Shown: one piece after another, positions 17,252 through 34,776 of the stretch
How positions within the stretch are numbered: position 1 is the stretch's first letter
Layout: each line of letters begins with the position of its first letter
DNA from: the human T2T-CHM13v2.0 reference genome, Homo sapiens
Assembly (NCBI RefSeq): GCF_009914755.1
Contig: NC_060932.1
Length of the DNA stretch: 64,000 nucleotides
Strand: one strand, 5' to 3'
The notes under the pieces: model-generated
Told to the model about the DNA's origin: nothing
What the model saw: only the letters and a program-made list of their open reading frames with translations
Databases searched by the model: none
Position numbers and translations under genes: made by a program

Positions 17252-18143
17252 TGAGTCAGGCTGTGCTTCCACAGCGGGTTTAGTGCTGAGAGACCCTGGG
17301 CCCCAGCTTCTCAGTGGAGGGGACTTTGAGGACTTCCTGGGACTGCTGCGAGTCAGAAGTGTTTCGGGGAGACTCCGAGAGTCTGGCAGGCAGGGCCTGG
17401 CAAGGCTGCTGCTTCCTGGGAGGTGCCTGAACCAAGGCTGGCCCGGCAGAGCTGTCTGAGGGGTGGCATCCCAGCAAAACAGTCAGTTTCAGAAAATGTG
17501 GTGGAATGTCTGGCCCCTGGTCTGGTTTGTGTCATCGCATGTTCCTTTTTCCTGCTTGGGGAACCAGTTTGGGGCGTTTCCTTATGTGTAGTTAGCGGGG
17601 ATGGCTCCACCTTAACAACAAGGTGGTGGCACAGAACTTTCTGCTCCAGCTGCCTGCAGCCTCGCCTTGGTTCCGCAGTAGCGGTGTTCACTGGCGGCTG
17701 CAGATCCGAAATGCCTGAGGGCTTAAAAAAATGCATGGGCTTCTCCCCTAACTAGTTAAATGGGAATCACTGGCGATTCTCATTTCAGAGAACTGGTGGT
17801 GTTTTTAAGTACCTTAGGGAAGTTTAGCGTCTGCTCAGTTGAGAATCAGTGTTCTACCCGGAAGGGCACTCGTAGCCTGGTCTGGTATGGACATGAACAG
17901 GAGAGCCTCCTGTCTTCTCCCGGATCTTTGTGGGCAGGGGTGGGGCTGGCGGTTATTCCCTGCAAGCTGTGCTTATCTAGGGAGCGTCCCTTGGAGGGTT
18001 TGGGGTCTGGGAGGTCTGCTCGCACCACTTGCTGCAGCTGGGGGTGGGTCCACGAGTGGCCTCGGGCACTTGGGTAGCACACAGTGGTCTGGAGAGCTGG
18101 TGGTGCTTCTCTCAGAGGTTTTCATTACAGGCTGTCTTTTCAG

Positions 18144-18229
18144 CTGTAATGGTGGCTATCCTGCTGAAGCTTGGAACTTCTGGACAAGAAAAGGCCTGGT
18201 TTCTGGTGGCCTCTATGAATCCCATGTAG
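18144..18229 (+). CDS. CTSB: Cathepsin B coding exon 5
   Basis: [28 protein letters not shown]; 86 nt; phase consistent with neighbouring exons. Confidence 0.99.
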
Positions 18230-18461
18230 GTAAGTGTGTCCCCTTGGCCACTTTCTGGCCAGATGGATTGTTTGAGCAATTAACCATCATGGCTTTATTT
18301 GCCTTTATAAACTGGGGGTTGAGACAGAGGGGCTGCTGAGAGGTGCTAGCCAGGTGCACAGGACTCTGGCAGGACCTGCCTGGCGTCCATGCTGCAGGCA
18401 CGAGGCTTGCCTTGCCCCAGGTCTGCCTCGCCCAGCTGGGGCTTCTCCGTGGGGGCTGTAG

Positions 18462-18749
<288 letters not shown>

Positions 18750-19010
18750 TAGGATAGAGGAGGGGGAGTGATGCCCTCTTGCCAGGAGAAGCAGCACACT
18801 CTCCACTTTCTGCCTGTTCCACCCTGAACTCAGCCTCAGCCCTTCCAAACTGGAAGGGACCAAAGCCCTCCTTTTACAAGGGAGTGGCGTGTCCTGGAGT
18901 CTTGAGGTATCCTGGCCTCTTCCGGGGCCTCGTGCTCATTGCTCCCTTCTCCCATTTCTGAGCTTCCAGCCCCAGCCCTGTCCTTAGTTCTTCAGGGGAG
19001 CCTTCCTTGA

Positions 19011-19271
<261 letters not shown>

Positions 19272-20332
19272 TGATGGCTGATGGCAATAGAGGGTGGGGG
19301 TCGGGAGGGGAGCCTGGGTGCCAGGATGGTTCATGTTGACCAATAGGGCTGGATTGGGCAGGCAGGGGAGGGGCTGGGGAAGAGGGCTGTGTGGGGCCTT
19401 CCATATAGGCTCACTCCTCTGTGGACCAGCCTGGCACCTGACTGTCTTTGTCCAGGTGTTGTGCCAACACACAGAATTCCAGAGGCCTCTCCCAGAGCCT
19501 CTGGGCTAGTTCCTTCCCATCCATTAGCGTCCAGCTCATACATGTTCTCTGTGGGAACGCCCCCCTCCCTGGTGGCTGGCCACGCCTGCCCTCGCCTTCC
19601 TGGCTTTGCATTGCTTTACCAGCATGTTTCTGTTATAATGGCAGGCCGTTCGTGTTTGCACTGGCTGACACATTTTCTTCATCTTTCTCTTTGCAAAGGC
19701 CTAGATCGTGCCTCACACCAGTGGATGAACACACAGGGAGGACCTTGCCCTGGGTAGTGCCATAGGGACTCCAACCAAGGAATCTGGACAGTCCCCATCC
19801 CCAAGTCCTGTCTTAGAAATCCCTTGCTCCAGATGAACAGTCTTTGCTGACTGCATCTATCCCATTAATATTTTGCTAGATTGGAAACTTGTAAAACAAC
19901 AGTTTGACAAAGGAAGATGATTCTGGCAAGAAAAAGTTTCTGTGAAGATGGCACTTCTTAGCATAGTCCTCGCCCTTATTATTAAAAGATGCATTTCCAC
20001 TTTGACAGTGATTTCCCCACCCGAGAGCCTGGTTGGGCAGCCCTGAGCCCCTTAGCCAGTATCTTTCCCATCAGCTAGCATTAGCTGCCACCAGTCCTCC
20101 CTTCTCCTCCCTCACCTCTTCAGGGTGTACCTGGAGCAGCTATTAAAACTCTTTAAGCCGTGTAACGCTTTTGACAAACCCTTACTTACATGGAATCCCA
20201 GTATAAAGAACAGATGAATCAGTCATCTAGCATTAAATGTTTTATCAATTAGAATGTATTAGAAATTCTATTTTTAAAGCCAACAAGCACATTTTGTAGG
20301 AATCTATTTCAATATTTACTCAACAACTTTGA

Positions 20333-20686
<354 letters not shown>

Positions 20687-21016
20687 TGAATTGTGAGCCA
20701 CACCCCGTGGCCATCTCGGCTTTCTCTGTTCTACCCACCGCACAGCCTTAAACCCTGGACCTACGGCCAGGCTGTGAGCTCCTCCTAAGTGCCAGGCAGT
20801 CAGGAGTTCCCTTTTGCTGTGAGGGCAGACTCTGAGCAGCTTCAGAGCCAACGCCTGCAACAGTTCCCACAGCATCGCGCCAGATCCTGTGATGGGAAGG
20901 GTGACCGGGCAGGGGGCTTGCCCGTGGAGGTGTGCCCCACGGCTCCAGAAGCCTTGTGGTGTTGAGGACTGTGCTAGTGGGCCAACAGCAGGAGTGGCCA
21001 GGGATGAGTGACTTAA

Positions 21017-21190
<174 letters not shown>

Positions 21191-21973
21191 TCTGCCGTGG
21201 GCCTGTCGTGCCAGTCCTGGGGGCGAGATCGGGGTAGAAATGCATTTTATTCTTTAAGTTCACGTAAGATACAAGTTTCAGACAGGGTCTGAAGGACTGG
21301 ATTGGCCAAACATCAGACCTGTCTTCCAAGGAGACCAAGTCCTGGCTACATCCCAGCCTGTGGTTACAGTGCAGACAGGCCATGTGAGCCACCGCTGCCA
21401 GCACAGAGCGTCCTTCCCCCTGTAGACTAGTGCCGTAGGGAGTACCTGCTGCCCCAGCTGACTGTGGCCCCCTCCGTGATCCATCCATCTCCAGGGAGCA
21501 AGACAGAGACGCAGGAATGGAAAGCGGAGTTCCTAACAGGATGAAACTTCCCCCATCAGTTCCCCCAGTACCTCCAAGCAAGTAGCTTTCCACATTTGTC
21601 ACAGAAATCAGAGGAGAGATGGTGTTGGGAGCCCTTTGGAGAACGCCAGTCTCCCAGGCCCCCTGCATCTATCGAGTTTGCAATGTCACAACCTCTCTGA
21701 TCTTGTGCTCAGCATGATTCTTTAATAGAAGTTTTATTTTTTCGTGCACTCTGCTAATCATGTGGGTGAGCCAGTGGAACAGCGGGAGACCTGTGCTAGT
21801 TTTACAGATTGCCTCCTAATGACGCGGCTCAAAAGGAAACCAAGTGGTCAGGAGTTGTTTCTGACCCACTGATCTCTACTACCACAAGGAAAATAGTTTA
21901 GGAGAAACCAGCTTTTACTGTTTTTGAAAAATTACAGCTTCACCCTGTCAAGTTAACAAGGAATGCCTGTGCC

Positions 21974-21979
21974 AATAAA
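21974..21979 (+). terminator. CTSB: CTSB proximal poly(A) signal (short 3'UTR)
   Basis: AATAAA about 780 nt after the stop codon. Confidence 0.8.
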
Positions 21980-22259
21980 AGGTTTCTCCAACTTGAAGTC
22001 TACTCTGATGGGATCTCAGATCCTTTGTCACTGCCTATAGACTTGTAGCTGCTGTCTCTCTTTGTCCCTGCAGAGAATCACGTCCTGGAACTGCATGTTC
22101 TTGCGACTCTTGGGACTTCATCTTAACTTCTCGCTGCCCCAGCCATGTTTTCAACCATGGCATCCCTCCCCCAATTAGTTCCCTGTCATCCTCGTCAACC
22201 TTCTCTGTAAGTGCCTGGTAAGCTTGCCCTTGCTTAAGAACTCAAAACATAGCTGTGCT

Positions 22260-23688
<1,429 letters not shown>

Positions 23689-23765
23689 TTAACAAAGGTT
23701 ACCATAAGCCACAAATTCATAACCACTTATCCTTCCAGTTTCAAGTAGAATATATTCATAACCTC

Positions 23766-23771
23766 AATAAA
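23766..23771 (+). terminator. CTSB: CTSB distal poly(A) signal (long, Alu-containing 3'UTR)
   Basis: AATAAA about 2.6 kb after the stop, downstream of three Alus; fits the known short and long CTSB mRNAs. Confidence 0.75.
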
Positions 23772-24196
23772 GTTCTCCCTGCTCCCAAACTGAGTTGATT
23801 CATTCCATGCGCACTGTCTCCCTCACCTCCATCGTATACGCACCTGCAGCTCCTTGCCTGCTTCTAGCATGGAGCCAGCGGGGATGTGCTGGTGAGTGAC
23901 AAGGAATTGTGGGGCATGTCGACATCAGCTTAAGGCTTTGTTAGAAACACCTGCCTTGCAGTGTTTGTGACTGGGAAAGAGCTCAGTGTTTTAATACACC
24001 TCAGATCACCACATTGATCATAACTTTGTCACCTCAGTTCAATAGTTTCTCCTGGATTCTTGTCCAAGTGAGATGACAGGTGGACGTAACAATGCCTTTT
24101 CAGTCTTTACCTAGACTCTCCAGAGAATCACTCCAGAATAGAAATTAGAGTATAGGTAGGCAGTCCAACCTCTGCATTTAAAAAAAAAAATTTTGA

Positions 24197-24704
<508 letters not shown>

Positions 24705-25787
24705 TAGAAAACTGCATGAGAATTTAGGAATGCAACCTCTTGGGCACCCCATCAGACCTACTGTATCAGTCTCTGTTCCCAGCAATCAGGCAATTCTGAT
24801 ATAAAGTCTGAGAACCACAGCCTTAGAACTGTTTCCAAAACTGCCAAGAATAACCTAGAATGTTTGTTAACATGCCTGACTCGCCCTCTTCCTCCTATAC
24901 ACACCCGAGCCCCTGGGAAATGGCTCAGTAGATGGAAGAAGGGGCCCTCCCTGCACTTGCCCACAGGGATCCGGAAGTTCCCATATGCAGATATAAAGCT
25001 CTTGCTCCCAAGCATTCTAATTGTTTATGGTCCTAGATTCACATGGGTCAGAGGCTCCTCTGAGGAAAACAAAATATTGCACCATTAGGTCGGATCCAAA
25101 TAGACTGTATGCCAGAGATGCTATAAAATTATATTAGAAGTGGGGAGTAGAGGGTAGTGTTGCCAGAGTTACCAAACAGAAATACAAGATGGCCAACTAC
25201 TTCTGAATTTTCAGTTATGCAAGTTTGTTTGTTTTTTGAGACAGAGTCTCACTCTGTCGCCCAGGCTGGAGTGCAATGGCGTGATCTTGGCTCACCACAA
25301 CCTCTGCCTCAACCTCTTGAGCTCAAGGGATCCTCCTGCCTCAGCCCCAACACCCTCCGAGTAGCTGAGACCACAGGTGTGAGCCGCCATGCCCAGCATC
25401 CCCTATTATATCTGGCAACCTTAGTAGAGAAGATACTTAGAAGGAAAACAAGCTTTCAAAGAGCTTCAGAATGGAATGAGAGCGAATACCTTTCTACAAC
25501 TCAGTGAGTAGAAAAAAGCACATAGCTTTATAGATAGAAAAAATCTGAGATCACCCAAACCACACAGCTCAGGAAGTGGTCCCACAGGTAATGACCAAGT
25601 CAGGAAAGAAGATTTCCGCAGGCCCCACTCAGACCAAATCTCTTTCCAGCAGGTTGTTCTGTCTTAACGTGAACTTTGGCAGAATTAAATCTTAGATTTC
25701 AACACACAGATTTTTAACAACCTACCCTGAAATCTCAAACCAAGTTTTGAGGCTTTAATTCCTTGGAAAATACTGTCGAGTCTAGCT

Positions 25788-26098
25788 CAGTGGTCCCCAA
25801 GCTTTTTGGCACCAGGGACCGGTTTCATAAAGACAATTTTCCCAAGGACAGAGGGAGGAAAATGGTTTTGGGATGAAACTGCCACCTCAGATCATCAGGG
25901 ACTAGATTCTCACAAGGAGCATGCAACCCAGATCCCTCACACGCGCAATCGCACCTATGAGAATCTAACGCCGAGTGGAGCTCACGTGATAATGTTCACT
26001 CACCCGCCGCTCACCTCCTGCTGTGATGCCCGGTTCCTAACAGGCCACGTAACAGAAGGTTTAGTGCCGGTCCTAGGCCTGGGGGTCGGGGACCCCTG
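25788..26098 (+). mobile_element. MER1 (hAT-Charlie) MITE in the CTSB-FDFT1 intergenic gap
   Basis: Terminal inverted repeats CAGtGGTCCCC...GGGGACCCCTG; 8-bp TSD GTCTAGCT/GTCTGGCT. Confidence 0.85.
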
Positions 26099-26559
26099 GT
26101 CTGGCTGTATTCCATGTGGCAAGTTATCTTGGCTGGTGACAAATGAGTCCAGGGCTAAGCCTCAAATGAACCAATTAACTGAAGTCTCCCTGGGCCCAAA
26201 CTAATTTTGGTGTCAGTGGTCACAGCAAGAAAGTGTGCTTACAACAATGCAAATCCAACGTTGCAGCTCGAAACAACTCAAATTCAATGATTAAGCCACC
26301 ATCCACGATGGGCTGCAGTAGAGTAGACTTTATGAGTACCTGTAGCATTAATGGCTTCTAGAAAGTACCGAATGCCCTAGTACACCAATTCTCAACTCGA
26401 GGGTCCACAGGCCTCCTTGCTGCACTGAGCACCTCAGTGAGAGCACATCACAAGCTCTGCTGCACTGGAGTAGAGAGGAAGGTGAAACCCCGAGCAGAAG
26501 TACTGTTCTGCCCCCAAGCCAATCACCTGAAGACAGCTTTTGCCTTTCTTAAGACCTGA

Positions 26560-26820
<261 letters not shown>

Positions 26821-27027
26821 TAGTAGAGACGGGGTTTCACCGTGTTAGCCAGGATGGTCTCGATCCCCTAATGTCGTGATCCGACCGCCTCAGCCTCCCA
26901 AAGTGCTGGGATTACAGGCATGAGCCACCACGCTGGGCCATCAACTCCATTCTTGAGCTCCATCTTTTCCACAGTCAGGCAGGCTTTCAAGCGAACTGTA
27001 CTTGACAAATGCAGAGCAATTAAATTC

Positions 27028-27161
27028 TTTATTATAAAAATCTCAAAAATGTCCACCTTTACTGGAGACCAATCTTCTAAAAGGTCAAAAGCAATCCTGC
27101 TGTTTCTCTCTGAAAGCTAAACTCCTTTAAATGAGAATACGAGAATACCCAGAATTTTATT
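27028..27161 (-). terminator. FDFT1: FDFT1 poly(A) signals (AATAAA on - strand at 27156-27161 and 27028-27033)
   Basis: TTTATT on the + strand about 540 and 670 nt past the stop. Confidence 0.75.
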
Positions 27162-27698
27162 CCCAGCCTTTGTGTGGAAAAGGCAGTTTGCATTCTTAGG
27201 AAACATCTAACTGTTACCTAAACCATAAATATTTCTATCTACTCCATTCAACCCAATTAAAGAAAACAAAATGATGAGAAAAATAGGAGCCGAACAGAAA
27301 GAAAATTCACATCATTTTCTACTATTACGAACATTCAAATGGTGCTTCAAATTAAATACTTTTAATTATCATTCTAGCCAGGATCATACTAAGTAGGATC
27401 TCATGACAGTCACATATGCAGCGACTTCACCTAAACCGTGGCACTGAATGCTCTGCCATGAGCCACAAGCAGCACAGTGATCATCACCCACAAGGACAGG
27501 TTGCTGGGATGAGGCACCCTTTCCTTTCATGTTTAGGTTCTTCTCACCTGCATTTCACTTTCCTAAAGGTCCCAGCCACACAGCGTTCTTTTAGGGATTA
27601 AAGTAGTAGGAAAAAAATAAAGAGAACACAACATCCATCCTTAAAGAAAAAAAGTAAATCCACTTTATGGTGGACTTCAGCTATGGACAAATTTGGGA

Positions 27699-27920
27699 TC
27701 AGTGTTCTCCAGTCTGAACATAGTCTTCTGTTACCTGGGAGAGAGTGGTCAGGTACTGCCAGCTCAGGGCAGCCAAAAGCATGACAAACGACAGGTAGAT
27801 GGGGGAGTAGTGGCTTCGGGAAATCAGCTGACAGTTGGGAAGATTCTGCGTCCGGATGGTGGAGATGATCTGCCTTGTTTTGCTAGAAGATGGGTCTGAG
27901 TCGGGGATTCTATGATAAAT
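27699..27920 (-). CDS. FDFT1: Squalene synthase last coding exon (C-terminal ER membrane anchor; TGA at 27701-27699)
   Basis: IYHRIPDSDPSSSKTRQIISTIRTQNLPNCQLISRSHYSPIYLSFVMLLAALSWQYLTTLSQVTEDYVQTGEH*. The eight exons sum to 1254 nt = 417 aa plus stop. Confidence 0.98.
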   Translation of the reverse strand: MYHRIPDSDPSSSKTRQIISTIRTQNLPNCQLISRSHYSPIYLSFVMLLAALSWQYLTTLSQVTEDYVQTGEH

Positions 27921-30120
27921 CTGTTAAAGACACAGGAAAAAATGATAAGTGCTATGTGCTTTACATTTTCCATGGCTACTTACAACAACCCTCCACTGGC
28001 AGGTATTTTATACCCATTTTACCAATGAGGAAAGGGAGGCTCAGAGAACATGAACATAACTTACCCAAAGCCATCCCAATGATAAGGTGGGGATGTCAGC
28101 CCCAGCTCATCTCAAAGCCTGTCTTCCTGAGCAAACAGGAGGCACAGGTGTGCATACTGCACCCAGAGGCCCTCGAGAGCAGCGGCTGAGCCACAATGAT
28201 CTTCACATCCCCAGCACCTCACAGTGCCAGGCCCAATAAACGTCACCATAGTTCACGTAGACAGGCACAGACTAACATGACGAAAGGGAAATGCTGGAAA
28301 GACTGGGCAAAAGCAGCTTAGAAACAAGATGGAACACGCAGTACAGACCACAGCTTGACAAAGGGGGACAGGAACAGAAGCAGGGAGCCGTATGAACCAC
28401 CCTGGAGTCCTCCCTGTGCCTCCCTCCCCACTCCTCCACAAGCCTCCCAAGTATGTGCAGAATCCATCTCTTCCCCTACATCCCTAAAATTACTGCCTGA
28501 GATTAGGCCCTGAGTGCCTCTCAGATGAGCTATCTCAGTCTCCAACGTGAGTCTAAGCTTAAATTCCCAAATCTACCTGTCTGCTCTACACTGTCACCAA
28601 GGAGATCTCAAACCTCTGCTTGATGCCTCAGTGGCACCAGCCCTCTCACCTGGAGAAAAAAAGCCTGAGCTCTGTAATGTGTAGCGCAAGGCCACCCATG
28701 GTCCAGACCTACTGCACCTGTCTAGTGTCACCAGCCCTTGCCCACCTCCCTCTCTACAGTCTAGTAACAGTTGCCGGGCCAGGCACAGTGGCTCATGTTT
28801 GGAATCCCAGCACTTCAGGAGGCTGAGGCACGTAGACTGCTTAAGCTCAGGCGTTTAAGACCAGCCTGGACAACACAGTAAAACCCTGTTTCTACAAAAT
28901 GTACAAAAATTAGCCGGGCATCGTGGCATGCACCTGTGGTCCCCCAGCTACTTGGGGACTGGGGTGGGAAGATCACTTGAGCCTGGGAGGTGGAGGTTGC
29001 AGTGATCCGAGATCATGCCACTGCACTCCAGCCTGGATGACAGAACAAGACCCTGTCTCAAAAAACAAACAAAAACAAAAGAACAACTGTCTACTGTTGT
29101 TTCGCCCATGCGATGCTGCTGCACACCTCTGTTCCAGTCTCATACCACTCCTTCTCTCTGGAATGCGCCTCCCACGTCCCTTCAACTGGCTCCTACCTAG
29201 GCCCCCAAGTCTCAACTTCAGGATTATGCCTTCTAGAAAACCTGTCTGCAGCTCCAGGTTCAGCCAGGAGCCACCCTATTGTACATACCTTTACCTTTCC
29301 ACTTACGTGGAAATGGACCATCTGTAGTTTTCACCCTGACTACACCGCACCTACTTACTCACCTTTTTATCTCCAGCCTAGCCCTGTGCTGGCACACAGC
29401 AAGCGTGCATCCCTGGCTAATTTTTGCATTTTTAATAGAGACAAGGTTTTACCAGTGTTGGTCAGGCTGGTCTCAAACTCCAGACCTCAAGTGATCCACC
29501 CACCTCGGCCTCCCAAAGGGCTGGGATTACAGGCGTGAGCCACTCCACCCAGCCAAGACTTTTCAATACAAGCATCCATAAAGTAAAATATATAGTGATG
29601 AGATAATTCTATTAGAAGTCATCCTTCTGCCTGCCCATGTTGCTTTACTGCTTGTCTTAGCCTTCCTCCTAAAAGCAGAACCTGAGGCAAAAGCTTGCAT
29701 GCAGCCATTTATTTGGAAACGAGTGGAGAAGTGAAACAGAAGGCAGGAAGGCCTATCAAGGATGTGTTGAGTTGGCTTGATCTTGAGGGACCTTCAAGGA
29801 GCCTTATGAAAGGTGGCCCTGAGGAGCAGAGAGGTGGCCCTCACCTCCTCTGGGTTGTGGGGACCCACGTGCCAGGCAGTTCCTGCAGCTCGTCAGAAGC
29901 CCAAGGGCAGGAAGCGAGAGGTCTCTGGAGCAGAAGGCAAGGTCCAGCCCTACTTGGAAACTGGTTGCTACAGCAGTGGCCGAAGGCCAAGATGAGTGGC
30001 AGTGACACACAGGGTCTCACACACTACTCTTGTAAATGACCTGAGTGCCCTGATGCCATCAAAAGCCATAAAATAGGCATTCACTACAATGACCCTGAGA
30101 ATAGTTTCTCAGGTAAGTAA

Positions 30121-30385
<265 letters not shown>

Positions 30386-31177
30386 TGATCCGCCTGCCTC
30401 AGTCTCCCAAAGTGCTGAGATTAGAGGCATAAGCCACCATGCTCGGTGACATTTCACTTTTGAAAATTTAAGACTTACCTTCTCAGAGCAACTGTACAAG
30501 CAATGTACAAATAAAGGATGATAACATCAGCACCAAACTACACACTTATTCATTCCTGGGTTAATTCTGTGGCTCCTATGACTTTATTTCTTCATTTTAC
30601 TTTCTCATCTACTTGTACTTTGTTAGCCTGTTGTACTTATAACCATAAGCCATCTTACATCCTTTTGGGAAAAAAGATTTACTTATTTGGAATCAATCGC
30701 TGGCACCCAAGTGAATATACACAACCAACAAAAACCCTTTTAGAGAACTCCAAGAGCACTTCAATATGCCCTTCCAGGAGATAAGTAAGGTGAATAAATT
30801 AAGAGAAATCTTGGTTGTGACAGTCCCCGGTAATACAATTAGTGGCAAAACTTTTGAGTCCTTTGATGATCATTTCTAACATATAAGCATGACAGCACAA
30901 CTGGAAGAGCTGCAGTCACTGGTACTCAGACGTGGACTTACCTAAAACAGAGCCGGTAAGGCCAAAGGGACCTTCTAGATGCTTCGTTGCTAGACCAAAC
31001 CCCACTCTCCATTTACCTGAAGGCACACAGTAGGTTTCTGCAAACTCAATTATTCAGGTCTTAAAAACCTACTAGCCTCAATCAAGGAGTTACATCTGCT
31101 TGTCAAGGACAGGTCATAGCCGACTTTTCATCTACATGCCCGGCATAAAGTTGAAGCCAAATACTTGAGGGGTTTGA

Positions 31178-31465
<288 letters not shown>

Positions 31466-32487
31466 TAAATGACACAGGCTCCTATAAATGTTTACTAGAC
31501 TGAAATAAGCTCTTGTGCAATGCTGTGCTACATACAGCAGCTCCTCTGTGAGTCCATGTGGTACTTCCACGTCTCAGCAGTTCTACTTACAACTGCGAAT
31601 ATGGAATCAGCTTGATCATCATTTAAAACTCTTGTCTATGAACATCTAAACTTCCATTAAAGCAAAAACATCATTTGGGAAAAAAAGGCAGATTCTGATT
31701 CGATAGGTTTGGGTGGGGGCTGGATGTCTTAATGGGCTCCCAGGTGATTCCTGGCAGCTGCTGGCTGGGGACCATCCTTGAGCAGCTAGGCACCTGGGGC
31801 TCAAAGAGCCGGATGATTCTCTGACTTAACCACAGGAGGGCACAGGAAGTGTGCAGAGACACGAACAAGCTTCTCCCTGCCAAGGAATTCACTTTGGCAG
31901 AGAGGGGAATGGGGGTTTCTGGCCGTTTGGCTGAGCATTTATTTCTATCCCAAAATAGCAGGTTGATCTTCTCCCCAGCTGACAAGCATCCAGGCTGGTT
32001 TGAAGCAGAGGCTGCTCCAGAGTGGGGTGAGGGCCCTGCAGTGTGGCCAACTGCTCGTGAAGACCTGGGGCTGCACTCCAAGCCCCCACTAAGCACTGGA
32101 GAAGCATGAGGAGGTCCTCTGGCAAGTCCCTTCCAGGTGCATGCTCGCTACAACACTAAGTCCAGAGATCGGACAGAGTCAACGTTTCTTCCTTTCTTAC
32201 TACAAAGGACAGACTTGGTCAGCAAGGAGAAATAGGATCAGTGTTAATATCTGGACACCAGCAAGAGGCCAGACGACTTGTGGCTTCATACAAAATGTTT
32301 TCATTTAAAACTTTACTTGTAAAATGTCCTTACTGCTGAAACTAAAACCATTAACAGGTTCTACTGCTTAAGACTTAGAAATCTTCAAAGATTTCCCTAA
32401 ATCAAATCAACTTAAGTATTAATATTAACATTTCTCCCCTAATGCCTTGAGTTTTACTGGGATAACAGAACAACTGATGCCCTAAGT

Positions 32488-32684
32488 CAGAAGTCAGCAA
32501 ACCTCTTATTCAAGGGCCAAAAAATATTTTCAGCTTTACAAGTCATCGCCTGTTGCAGCTCCTCAACTCGGCCGTCACATTGCAAAAGCAGCCACAGAAG
32601 ACATAGAAGCAAATGGGTGTGGCTGTGTTCTGATAACATTTATTCACAAAAACAGGGCTCAGCCAACTGTAGACTGCCCACCCT
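32488..32684 (+). mobile_element. MER58 (hAT-Charlie) MITE
   Basis: GTCAGCAAAC...AAAGCAGCCACAGA...AAATGGGTGTGGCTGTGTTC...TTTATTCACAAAAACAGG. Confidence 0.75.
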
Positions 32685-33529
32685 CGCCCTCAAACTATGA
32701 ATTACAACCAGGATTTAATCCCAATAGTTAAGGAAAAACCAAATAAATCTGAATTTTAATATAGTAATGGAATTGGCCACAAAGTGTTTAAAAACTGGTT
32801 TCTAAAACTAGTGATCAAACTGCAAAACCAAAACACTCTCAACTACTTACTACATAAAATGTTTCTAGTTTATATAAAATGAATAAATAGTGCTTAATAT
32901 AGCAGGATTCCATTTAGAAAGGGTAGTTGAACCCCTTAGAATTGGGGTTAACATCATGGATTCTGATGTCAGACAGACCTGGGTTCAAATTATGACCCTA
33001 GCCATGAGGCTGGGGCCTCAAGTTTCCCTGAGATTACTCCTACCCACCTACTTGGTCACTACCCCAGGCACATAGATCAAAGTAAGTTCTGGCTACATGG
33101 CAAAATGGAGAGTCTCATTGGTAGCAATTTTTTGGGTCACTGGCTGAATATTTTCATCTAGTGACTACAAAATTTTAGGGTTTTTAAAAGCGATGTGGTC
33201 TTCCCTTAGACTTCCATAGGTGCCTCTGATAGAAGTTCTGGACATACAGCATTTCTGTGTCAGATAAAGGTAGGGAGGAAGTATAAGAAGAATGTGCAAT
33301 ATGCAAGAGAAATCAGAAATCGCTATTTTGTATAATTCTATTTAGATGAAAACACTGTTGCAAACCATATTCCTGTAAACGCGTAACAGGGGGACTAGAC
33401 GGATGTACAAAACCATGAACAGAGGTAACCTCTGGGGAGGGAGCTCAGGCAAAGGAAAAATGATGAGGGTCTTGTATGTTTTCATAAAGTCTACAGTGTT
33501 TCATTCTCAACAGGATCACACCTGAGGAT

Positions 33530-33670
33530 CACAGCATCATCCTGGGCCTCTACTCACCAGATGCCAGTAGCACCCGATTCCTGCCGGTTAGGACAATCAA
33601 AAATGTCTCCAGACATTGTCCAATGTCCTCTGGGGGGAGGGGAGCAAATCACCTCCATTTACAAACCACT
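33530..33670 (+). mobile_element. MER20 fragment (3' half)
   Basis: GATGCCAGTAGCACC...AAAATGTCTCCAGACATTG...AACCACTG. Confidence 0.75.
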
Positions 33671-33863
33671 GCTCTAGGGCCTAGAGATTATTAGAGATTA
33701 CAGAGACTTCTGGTCTCTAAGAAATTTTTTTTTTTTTTTTTTTTTTTTGAGACAAAGTCTCACTCTATCACCCAGGCTAGAGTACAATGATGAAATCACA
33801 CAGCTTACTGTAGCCTCGACCTCTCAGGCTCATGTGATCCACCTGCCTCAGCCTCCTGAGTAG

Positions 33864-34052
<189 letters not shown>

Positions 34053-34623
34053 TAGAGATTTGACCTAAGAAGGTAAGTTTTCTTTTTATAGGATGGTTTT
34101 GGTATTTGAAATGAAATTTTCCAAAGAAAATTTAGGAAATAATTGCAACTTGATGGCTTTCCTTGGCCTAAATTCCCTACTGTGATTTTTCAATTGAGGC
34201 CTGTGGCATAATGAAAGTACCAGACTGGGTGTCAGGACACATGGACGGGAGCCAGAGATCCACTCAATCACGCACTGCATCAGCACAGACAAGCTTCAAC
34301 CTCACATTCCTCACCAGCAACAAGAAGCTTGGTTGGCCTCCTGCATCATCTTGCAGCTCAAAATCTATGATTCTACTGAGGGGCTCCAACCTACAGCCTT
34401 GCTCCATTTATCTCCTCTCACCAGGGTACTACACAGCAGTGAGCAATCTGCTCGGCTCCTGTGAATAGACTTTTTTCCTTATAAAGGATATCAATTCCTG
34501 TCTCTTTAGGCCACAGGATAGTGAATTGTTAGGATCATCTAATATCCAAACCTGGTTAAACAGTGACATTACTAAATCATAAAAGTAGCTACAAATTATC
34601 CAAGTAGTTAAATAAAAACCCAC

Positions 34624-34776
34624 CTCTTCCATATACTGATATATGATGGCTTTGACAGCTGGCATATTGGTGGCATCCATCATCAGGGTCACTGCTTGCC
34701 CTTTCCGAATCTTCACTGCCCCTTTGAACACCTGCTGGTTATTATAACAGGCAGCCAAAGTGGCAATGGCCATCAC
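34624..34776 (-). CDS. FDFT1: Squalene synthase coding exon 7
   Basis: VMAIATLAACYNNQQVFKGAVKIRKGQAVTLMMDATNMPAVKAIIYQYMEE; 153 nt. Confidence 0.99.

Noticed and set aside
18121-18143. Upstream acceptor ttcattacAG, 13 nt before CTSB coding exon 5
   Set aside because: Would shift the frame; only 18144 rebuilds the known protein, and there is no evidence of use.
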